Source: Acidimicrobiales bacterium
GTDB lineage: Bacteria > Actinomycetota > Acidimicrobiia > Acidimicrobiales > Bog-793
DNA: 48,648 bases
Assembly (NCBI GenBank): GCA_049696635.1
Contig: JBAVUF010000160.1
Location: 1 to 48,648, forward strand
Reading direction: 5' to 3'
In this document: positions 7,727 to 15,018 of the stretch, piece after piece
How positions within the stretch are numbered: the first letter of the stretch is position 1
How the letters are laid out: every line of letters begins with the position of its first letter
Notes under the pieces: model-generated
Told to the model about the DNA's origin: nothing
Databases searched by the model: none
Seen by the model: the letters and a program-made list of their open reading frames with translations, nothing else
Translations under genes and position numbers: made by a program

Positions 7727-10147
7727 GTGACGCGAGAATGTCAGGTGGTGAAGGCGCCAAGTAGTCGAGACGGCGCAGTGGACGAAGTTGTCGCGGCTTT
7801 ACGGCTCCGCATTGTCGAGCTGGAGGCTGAGAACGCGCGATTGCGACAGCTTCTCGATCACGACCACGCAAATCGCGGGCGATCCATCGCAACTTGGAGC
7901 CCGCGGCTCGTTGACCTCTCGCCATCGATACAGCGAGCTCCGGTTGACCACACCTCATCTCCGGCGGAAAAAGTCGCGCTCTTTCGCTCGCTTTTCCGGG
8001 GTCGCGAGGACGTCTACGCGATCCGCTGGGAGAACGCCAGGACCGGAAAGCACGGCTGGAGCCCAGCAGTGCGCGGTGGTGCAGCGAATGCTCGCAGACC
8101 GGACAGAGAGCTACTGCCGCTCACTGATGACGTCGTCACCGGTCATCTCCGCGGCGAGATCGAGATCGGCATGTATCCCCTTCTGCGCGATGACCATTGC
8201 GCCTTTCTCGCCTGCGACTTCGACGGCGCGAGCTCGGTGCTCGATGCCCTTGCCTTTCGCGACGCGGCGACCGCATCGGGCGTACCTTCCGCGATCGAGA
8301 GGTCTCGATCGGGTGCGGGCGCGCACGTCTGGATCTTCTTTGCCCAGCCCGTTCTGGCTGCGGACGCGCGGCGGATCGGCTTTCACCTCCTCCGGGAGGC
8401 GATGGCGGCTCGGGTAGAGCTTGATCTCTCGAGTTACGACCGTTTCTTTCCTGCGCAGGACCTACTGCCGAAGGGGACTTACGGAAATCTCATCGCGCTT
8501 CCGCTCCACAGTCGGCATCGTCGGCACGGCGCAACGATTTTCCTGGACCCAAAGACGCTTGATCCCTACGGCGATCAGTGGGAATTTCTTTCGTCGCTCC
8601 AATTGATGTCTGCCGAGCAAGTTGGCTCACTGGCGGCGCAGCTCGAGGATGTCGGAGCCGGACCGGAGGCCGCCACGTACCGCCGGTCGCGACTTGCGAC
8701 GGCGAATGACGTCAAGCCACCAGAGCGAGTGGTCGCGAAGGCCGGCGCGATGCTCGTCATCGACCGAATTGGACTTCCTCCCGCATTGGTCGCGTCACTC
8801 AAGCACCTAGCGTCGCTGCACAACCCGAAGTTCTACGAGAACGAGAGCCTCCGGTTCTCGAACCACGACACGCCGCGCTTCATTCGTTGCTACCAGGAGA
8901 GCCTCGGTGAGCTACTCGTGCCTCGAGGCCTCGAAGAACAGGCAAGCGCGATCGTTCAAGCAGCGGGGAGCCGTCTCGAGGTCCGCAAGGATGCGCCGCG
9001 AGCACAGCCTCAAGGCTTCGAGGTCAGCATCGCGCTGACACCAGAACAACAACGCGCGTTCGATGCGCTCGCCGGCCACGACCTCGGGGTGTTCGTCGCG
9101 CCGCCCGGAGCTGGCAAGACAGTGCTCGCGTGCGCGCTGATCGCCCATCACGACACACCAACCCTTGTGATCGTCGACCGCACGCCGCTCCTCGATCAGT
9201 GGCGAGCGCGTCTCAGCTCGCATCTGGGGCTCTCGGCAAGAGAGATTGGGCAATTGGGCGGCGGTCGCGACCGTCAGATCGGCAAGGTCGATCTCGCGAT
9301 GGCACAGAGCCTTGCTCGACGAGAGGACCTCGATGAACTCACGGCCGGCTACGGCTTCGTCGTGGTCGATGAGTGCCATCACGTCCCGGCGGTCACGTTT
9401 GAACGATGCGTTCGGCAGATACCCGCACTTCGATGGCTCGGCCTGACTGCGACGCCGTACCGCCGTGACGGATTGCAAGGTCTCATCAACATGTACTGCG
9501 GGCCGACGCGCGATGACGCGACCAAGCGTGACGCCCGCAGAGAGGCAATGCGGCTCCATCTGGTCGTTCACGAGACCCGACATGCTGAAGTCGATGACGG
9601 GCTCGGTATCCAGGAGACCTTTCGGCTGCTGGTCCAAGACGACGATCGCACCGATCAGATCTCTGCCGACGTGGTCGCCGCCAGAGATCGCGGGCGCAAT
9701 TCACTCGTCCTGACACAGTGGACGGAACATCTTGAGAGGATCGTCGAGTCACTCAATCGAAAGGGCGTCCAGGGCTTGGTACTCCGCGGGGGTATGGGCA
9801 AGAAGGCACGGGCAGCGGTCGTCGATCGTCTTACCGAGATGGGACTCGGCGCGGGCGAAGTACTCGTGGCGACCGGTGGCTATCTGGGCGAAGGTTTTGA
9901 CTGCCCGCAACTCGACGCGCTCTTCCTCGCGTTTCCGATCGCCTACAAGGGGCGGCTCATTCAGTACGTCGGTCGGGTCATGCGCGTTGCGCGTAGGAAA
10001 ACGGTTGTCGAGGTCCACGACTATTTGGACCGACAAGTGCCGGTGCTCCAACGGATGCACGGGAAGCGACTTCCCGTTTTTCGCGATCTCGGCTTCTTGT
10101 CGGCAGACTCCCAGCTCGAGGGCGCCCGCCTGCCCGGGGTTAGGTGA
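7727..10147 (+). CDS. archaeo-eukaryotic primase (AEP/PrimPol-like) domain fused to an SF2 helicase
   Basis: 806 aa. AEP motifs: LACDFDGAS (D164/D166), SGAGAHVWIFF (H200), SSYDRFFPAQD..YGNLIALPLH. Helicase motifs: APPGAGKT (Walker A), VVVDECHH (DECH), LGLTATPYR, QYVGRVMR. The N-terminus is heptad-like (LRLRIVELEAENARLRQLL). The exact start is uncertain (track start GTG 7727). Confidence 0.85.
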   Translation: MTRECQVVKAPSSRDGAVDEVVAALRLRIVELEAENARLRQLLDHDHANRGRSIATWSPRLVDLSPSIQRAPVDHTSSPAEKVALFRSLFRGREDVYAIRWENARTGKHGWSPAVRGGAANARRPDRELLPLTDDVVTGHLRGEIEIGMYPLLRDDHCAFLACDFDGASSVLDALAFRDAATASGVPSAIERSRSGAGAHVWIFFAQPVLAADARRIGFHLLREAMAARVELDLSSYDRFFPAQDLLPKGTYGNLIALPLHSRHRRHGATIFLDPKTLDPYGDQWEFLSSLQLMSAEQVGSLAAQLEDVGAGPEAATYRRSRLATANDVKPPERVVAKAGAMLVIDRIGLPPALVASLKHLASLHNPKFYENESLRFSNHDTPRFIRCYQESLGELLVPRGLEEQASAIVQAAGSRLEVRKDAPRAQPQGFEVSIALTPEQQRAFDALAGHDLGVFVAPPGAGKTVLACALIAHHDTPTLVIVDRTPLLDQWRARLSSHLGLSAREIGQLGGGRDRQIGKVDLAMAQSLARREDLDELTAGYGFVVVDECHHVPAVTFERCVRQIPALRWLGLTATPYRRDGLQGLINMYCGPTRDDATKRDARREAMRLHLVVHETRHAEVDDGLGIQETFRLLVQDDDRTDQISADVVAARDRGRNSLVLTQWTEHLERIVESLNRKGVQGLVLRGGMGKKARAAVVDRLTEMGLGAGEVLVATGGYLGEGFDCPQLDALFLAFPIAYKGRLIQYVGRVMRVARRKTVVEVHDYLDRQVPVLQRMHGKRLPVFRDLGFLSADSQLEGARLPGVR

Positions 10148-10288
10148 CGACGTGGTCCAAACAGATTGCACCGCGCCATGGAGAGTTCGACTTCGTTGCG
10201 GTCGATCTGGCGCGGCCGGAAGCGAGGAGAGACGGGCTCTGCGCGTTGGTATCCCGTTTCGAACGCGTGCTCTGCATCACCCGTAGAT

Positions 10289-10855
10289 TCAGAGGAGAAC
10301 TGCTCCGAGTGCGTCCGCGGTCCTCGGAAGTCCGCGCTGACGAACAATGTCGATCGCGTCCGTCATCGTTGTGGGTGGTTTGCGAAGATCGTTCACTTGC
10401 TCTTGGAACACTGTCGCGACAACTGCGGGATTGAGATCGAATAGTCCCAACACGAACTCGTCCGGATGCACGGCTTCGATGTCGAACGGAACCAGTGCCT
10501 CTTCGGGGAAATCCGAGAGGTTCTCGGTAACGATGGCTTGGGCTTGCGCCTTGATTGCACAGGCAACGACGTGACGATCCTTGGGGTCTGGAAGGACGAC
10601 CGCGTCGATCAATTGCCGGAAGTCCGTCACGAGGCAGTCGGCCACTGATTCGTTCATCATCTCCCGTGTGCGTTGCAAGCGATGTTCGTCGAGATCGGGC
10701 CGCCGGCGCAGAATCGACCGCACCATTTCGTCCAGAATCTCGTCGGACCGGTGGGCACGGAAATTCAGCTGCCGCTTGGTCGCGCAGCGGATTAACAGAT
10801 CTCGGATTGCTGGATCGTGCAGCACACAGGCGTCGTAAACGACGACGTAGGCCAC
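10289..10855 (-). CDS. PIN-domain protein (putative toxin ribonuclease)
   Basis: 188 aa. The N-terminal VVVYDACVL, the PDPKDRHVVACA block and the TENLSDF block match the usual PIN acidic-residue spacing. It lies 8 nt downstream of a DNA-binding partner gene. Confidence 0.75.
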   Translation of the reverse strand: MAYVVVYDACVLHDPAIRDLLIRCATKRQLNFRAHRSDEILDEMVRSILRRRPDLDEHRLQRTREMMNESVADCLVTDFRQLIDAVVLPDPKDRHVVACAIKAQAQAIVTENLSDFPEEALVPFDIEAVHPDEFVLGLFDLNPAVVATVFQEQVNDLRKPPTTMTDAIDIVRQRGLPRTADALGAVLL

Positions 10856-10863
10856 GAACCGAC

Positions 10864-11334
10864 CTACGACTTGTAAAGGCCGAGCTCTTCCGCCTCCCGT
10901 GTCAACGTGCGTTGCCTCTCGCGGCGTTGTTCCTCGTCCGCTCGTTGGTAAGCCAGAAGATCGGCCAGCCGAACCCGGCGGTGCGTGCCGACCTTCCGGT
11001 AGGGAAGGGCACCCGCTTCGAGGAGACTGATTAGATAAGGTCGAGAGACGTTGAGCAGCTCCGCTGCCTGTTGCGTGGTGAGTTCTTGATGAACCGGAGC
11101 CACCACAACCGCGTTGCCCCTCGCAAGCTCGTCGAGCACATCGATGAGGAGCCTGAAAGCAGGTGCGGGGATGTTTACCTTCGTCTCAGGTGCATCGTCG
11201 ACCACGAGCACGACGCGTCCGGACGGTGTCGGGTGGCGTCGTAGGTGGGTTGCCAACGCCTCGGCAGCGTCGGCAGCCCAGGCAGTGGTCTCATCATCTG
11301 GGATTGTCAGGTCTTGCAAATTTACGGCGGGCAT
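10864..11334 (-). CDS. excisionase-type HTH DNA-binding protein (putative antitoxin of the PIN gene; alternatively an Xis)
   Basis: The C-terminal HTH is LTTQQAAELLNVSRPYLISLLEAGALPYRKVGTHRRVRLADLLAY. I chose ATG 11334 (MPAVNLQDL). The 218-aa track ORF extends upstream into the tRNA-half region, and that extension is unlikely to be coding. Confidence 0.7.
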   Translation of the reverse strand: MPAVNLQDLTIPDDETTAWAADAAEALATHLRRHPTPSGRVVLVVDDAPETKVNIPAPAFRLLIDVLDELARGNAVVVAPVHQELTTQQAAELLNVSRPYLISLLEAGALPYRKVGTHRRVRLADLLAYQRADEEQRRERQRTLTREAEELGLYKS

Positions 11335-11540
11335 GTCGCGAGTCTGACACAGGGATATATCAAACGCAATAGACGAAACAAACGAATCAGACGAAACCGG
11401 GTCGGTCAGGTCACCGAACGCCAGCACGTAGCAGACCCGTCTACAACAAGGCGCAGGTATTCGGGCCACCTCGGTGGACTGTCGGGGCGACTCAGCCGCC
11501 CTCCAGGCCGCGCAAGGCAACTAGCTGGACGTTCGCAAGC

Positions 11541-11612
11541 ACCTGCCAAGGTGAGGGTCGCGGGTTCGAGTCCCGTCGTCCGTCGTCGTCCGTCGTCGTC
11601 CGTCGTCCGCTC
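11541..11612 (+). repeat. tRNA-Gly(GCC) 3' half, copy 2, with an internal microsatellite expansion
   Basis: ACCTGCCAAGGTGAGGGTCGCGGGTTCGAGTCCC, then GTCGTCC GTCGTCGTCC GTCGTCGTCC GTCGTCC, then GCTC. Relative to copies 1 and 3, one T of the anticodon loop is missing and 27 nt are added inside the acceptor strand. Confidence 0.8.
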
Positions 11613-11613
11613 G

Positions 11614-11905
11614 ATGTCCGTATCGGTCTGAGTATCGGTCTGAGGTGACCCGGATTGATTCCATGGCCGAGATGCTCTTTGAACTCCTCCATGTGTCAGC
11701 CGTTGTGAATGAGGATTGTGGCCCAGATGTGGCGCAGGTCGTGAAACCTCAAGCCTTCGGGTAACGCATTGGCGACTCGGCCCTCTTCAACTGCCCTCAT
11801 TCGAGCCTTGCGAACTGCAGGGCGAAAATGTCGGCCATTGAAATTCTTGTAACGAAGTGGTCGGATTGAAATACGTCTATCAAGCTGTTCGGTGGTTACG
11901 AACAC
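11614..11905 (-). pseudogene. tyrosine recombinase (phage-type integrase) remnant: C-terminal catalytic part only, with an in-frame stop
   Basis: The remnant reads ...LPEGLRFHDLRHIWATILIHNG-TGA(11696-11698)-HMEEFKEHLGHGINPGHL. Box II (HxLRH) and LGH are present. The N-terminal two thirds, including box I, are missing, and no catalytic Tyr context is recognisable. The reading frame runs on into tRNA-half copy 2. Confidence 0.7.
11620..11643. repeat. tandem 12-mer GTATCGGTCTGA x2
   Basis: Read directly. It lies 7 nt after copy 2, inside the 3' end of the integrase remnant. Confidence 0.85.
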
Positions 11906-11992
11906 CGAGCGGACCTTGGTGCGGCTTTCCTCTCGAGCTGACGGACGATTAAGACCGACCGCATTGTCAGGGATCTGGAGCGCGAAACTGAA

Positions 11993-12928
11993 TCAGTCAA
12001 TCGACGACTCGGGTCCTGATGTGTCGGATCTCCAATCGACGTCTGACAGTTCGGCCAGGGCAAGGACCAGAGCATGGGTGCCCTTTTGGCCCCGCCCTTG
12101 TCCACTCGCGGCGATGTAAAGCTGCTCGGCGAGGGCGAGCCCGGGCAAAGAAAGGTTCATTCGGCGAGCCTCACCAAGCGCGATGCCAAGATCCTTGACG
12201 AAGTGCTCAATCTTGAATCCGGGCTCAAAGTCGCCTCGTAGAACGCGTGGACCGTAATTGGTAAGGGAAAATGACGCAGCTCCTCCGCTGCCAATCGTGT
12301 CGATAACCCTTGAGACGTCCAAGCCTGCCCGGAAGGCATATAGCAATGCCTCGCACACCCCTACCATGCCGGAGGCGATCGCGATTTGATTGACCACCTT
12401 TGTGTGCTGACCAGCACCCGGTCCACCTTCGAATGTCGCCTTGCCGAGCCGCTCGAAGATCGGTCGGGCCTGGTCGAACACTTCTTGCCTCCCACCCACC
12501 ATGATCACCAACGTCGCGTTGCGAGCGCCGATGTCTCCTCCTGAGACCGGGGCATCGAGAGAGTCGACGCCCTTGAGCAAGGCTGCGTCGTAAATCTCTC
12601 GTGCGAGCTGTGGCTCGCTCGTTGTCATGTCGATGATCGTCGTTCCCGCTTTCGCCGAGCCGAGCACTCCTCGGTCTCCGAGGATCACCTCGCGGACATC
12701 GGCTGGATATCCGACCATCGTCACCACCACAGCCGCGCCGTCGGCCGCTTCTTGAGGGGATTCACACCACTGTGCGCCCGCGTCGATCACGACCCGAGCT
12801 CGCTCCCTGGTCCGATTGAAGACTCTCACGGGATAACCGGCAGCTAGTAGGTGCAGGCACATCGCGGCACCCATCACGCCTGTGCCGATCCACGCCACGC
12901 TCGATCTCTCTTCGCTCACCACGGTCAC
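11993..12928 (-). CDS. NAD(P)-dependent beta-hydroxyacid dehydrogenase (3-hydroxyisobutyrate dehydrogenase family)
   Basis: 311 aa. It has the N-terminal Rossmann motif VAWIGTGVMGAAMCLHLLAAGYPVRVFNRT, DAPVSGG, and the GAGQHTKVVNQ family blocks. Confidence 0.9.
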   Translation of the reverse strand: MTVVSEERSSVAWIGTGVMGAAMCLHLLAAGYPVRVFNRTRERARVVIDAGAQWCESPQEAADGAAVVVTMVGYPADVREVILGDRGVLGSAKAGTTIIDMTTSEPQLAREIYDAALLKGVDSLDAPVSGGDIGARNATLVIMVGGRQEVFDQARPIFERLGKATFEGGPGAGQHTKVVNQIAIASGMVGVCEALLYAFRAGLDVSRVIDTIGSGGAASFSLTNYGPRVLRGDFEPGFKIEHFVKDLGIALGEARRMNLSLPGLALAEQLYIAASGQGRGQKGTHALVLALAELSDVDWRSDTSGPESSID

Positions 12929-13110
12929 TTCTCCCGAGGTCTCCTTTCAGGCGTGCTGCACTTCAATGATGAGTCCACGTCTATCCGATCAATACTTATA
13001 CGCGACGAAGCTTGAAGGTTTTGCTGGCTGCATCAAAGACAGGTCAACAACGACTTGCGAGAAGTGCCCACCTGAAGCGCGCATCGTTGGTCACTCCTAA
13101 AGCAGGACCG

Positions 13111-13433
13111 TTACCCGTTACCCCAGCCCTGCGCTTCGGCGGCGGTAGCGGACCGATGTGTGAAACCGGCGGGGATTGGAGCGTTTAGCAGAGCGCGGTT
13201 CGCTTCGGTCGCGGACAACCAGTGGAACTCGCCCTGCGAGACGATCTTTCCGTTGACTCTGACCGCCAGCCGTAACGGGAGGTACTCGTCGAATCGACCC
13301 AGAAGTCAAGAGACGTGTTGCCAGGGCTCGAAGACGTGGCCGTAGACGAGAGTTCGGTGGCCCGCCGCCCATTGATGATGGTGTTGCCGACGATCGCGAC
13401 GATGCCGCTCTTCAGATAGTGCTCGATGACAGA
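13111..13433 (-). pseudogene. frameshifted C-terminal remnant of an unidentified gene
   Basis: Coding-looking pieces lie in three minus frames: KVASVIEHYLKSGIVAIVGNTIING, then RTLVYGHVFEPWQHV, then RFDEYLPLRLAVRVNGKIVSQGEFHWLSATEANRALLNAPIPAGF...GWGNG-stop (13111-13113). No start is present, and I cannot name the family. Confidence 0.3.
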
Positions 13434-13457
13434 CGCGACCTTTTGCGACACGCCGCG

Positions 13458-13669
13458 CGCTGGGAGAACACCCGCAGCGGCAAGCACGGTTGGAGCCCTG
13501 CGGTGCGCGGCAGCGTACAGAGCGCTCGCAAGCCAGATCGAGAGCTACTGCCGCTCGCAGATGACGTCGCTACGCTCAGGTTGTCGGCGATAACGAGATC
13601 AGGATGAGTGCCCTGCTGCGAGATGATCGTTGCGACTTCCTTGCGAGCGACTTCGACGGCGCTGGCTCG
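13458..13669 (+). pseudogene. decayed fragment of a second AEP-helicase gene (paralog of 7727..10147)
   Basis: RWENTRSGKHGWSPAVRGSVQSARKPDRELLPLADDV matches RWENARTGKHGWSPAVRGGAANARRPDRELLPLTDDV at 29/37 positions. After a frameshift, LLRDDRCDFLASDFDGAGS matches LLRDDHCAFLACDFDGASS at 15/19. Weaker resemblance may continue to about 13760. No helicase part follows. Confidence 0.75.
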
Positions 13670-13836
13670 GACCCGTACAGGTTTCCCGCGGCGGCAATCA
13701 CCGTATCTTCGCTCTCGTTCGACGTGGACGCGGCGAAGGTCCGTCACCGCGCCGAGCACGTCGTGAACACCGTCCGCGATATCACTCGATCGCTCGGCGC
13801 CCCCTCACTCGGACGCGCGTCATAGACATACAGCCC

Positions 13837-14646
13837 GTGGCGCTCTCACCTGAACGGCGGGACCAGGATCTCGAGCGCCTCGTCGCCCGCCCGCTCGATG
13901 TCCTCGTCGTCGGCGGGGGGATCACCGGGGCTGGTGTGGCGCTCGACGCGGCCAGCCGCGGACTGTCGGTCGGCATCGTCGAGGCGCGCGACTGGGCGTC
14001 CGGCACATCGAGCCGTTCGAGCAAGCTCATCCACGGCGGTCTTCGCTACTTAGAGATGCTCGACTTCCGCCTGATCCACGAGGCCCTGAAGGAGCGCGGC
14101 CTGTTGCTCGCGCGGATCGCGCCGCACCTCGTCCAGCCGATCGCGATCCTCTATCCGCTGCGTCGGCCCGTGATCGAGCGGGCGTATGTCGGCGCGGGTG
14201 TCGCTCTATATGACCTACTTGCCTCGTCGAGCGCAACGACTAGGGGCCTGCCTTTCCATCGGCATCTCTCCCGGAACAGCGCGCTCAAGGTCGCCCCAGG
14301 CCTTCGGCCCGGCGCCCTCGCGGGCGCGATCGAGTACTACGACGCCCAAGTCGACGATGCCCGCTTCGTCATCGAGACCGTGCGCACCGCGGTCGCGCTT
14401 GGTGCGATCGCAGTGAGCCGCGCAGAGGTCCTCGGGTTCGCCCGAGAGGACGGGCGCGTCGCGGGGGCGGTTGTTCGCGGCCTTGAGAGCAGAAACGAGC
14501 ACCACGTTCGCGCTCGCACCACCGTTGTCGCGACGGGACCTTGGACCGAGGAGACCGAAGCGCTCGCCGGCCACGAGCACGCCGTGCGGGTTCGGCCCTC
14601 GAAAGGCGTCCATTTACTCGTCCGCCGGGACACGGCGGCAAACTGA
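13837..14646 (+). pseudogene. glpD: glycerol-3-phosphate dehydrogenase (FAD, GlpD-type), N-terminal half only
   Basis: From GTG 13837 it reads VALSPERRDQDLERLVARPLDVLVVGGGITGAGVALDAASRGLSVGIVEARDWASGTSSRSSKLIHGGLRYLE ... RPSKGVHLLV, then a stop after about 270 aa. The usual C-terminal half is absent; only frameshifted traces may remain to about 14780. Confidence 0.7.
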
Positions 14647-15018
14647 ACTGGATAGTCGAGCGCACGACGCGTGTGCGCCGCCCGCGGCGAGGTGTCTACG
14701 TTTCTCGCCCCGTCGCGGGCGTTTCCGTTCGGGACAAACGGCGCGCGTTCTAGTCCATGCCGTTCGTCCCGGATACTTCTGAACGATTACTTGAAGACAA
14801 TTACTCGGCCCTCGTCTCGTCTACTCAGTCGCTTGGCATTGCGTTAACTTCCAGTTCACTGCCTGGCTCCCCCCGAACAACGGATGTCCATCTGGAGAAT
14901 GATGGAAATTCAATCCCTGCGGACGATGACAGACGATCTTCGCCAGCTCACGATGGAGTGAGGCAAGAACGGAACATATAAGTTCCGAGCATGCGGATGA
15001 GCTGAGCTGGAGGCAACG

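Noticed and set aside
7272-7958. The 228-aa minus-strand ORF between the IS and the AEP-helicase gene.
   Set aside because: It runs through both repeat clusters, overlaps the helicase 5' end, has no recognisable motif and has low-complexity Arg/Pro-rich parts. It is most likely a high-GC artefact. I looked for an integrase or transposase remnant in all frames and found none.
8912-9637. 241-aa minus-strand ORF, plus several other ORFs inside 7727..10147.
   Set aside because: They are antisense or out of frame relative to the AEP-helicase, whose Walker A/B and AEP motifs fix the coding frame.
10144-10434. ORF coupled by a GTGA overlap to the AEP-helicase stop.
   Set aside because: Two thirds of it is antisense to the well-supported PIN gene, and it has no motifs.
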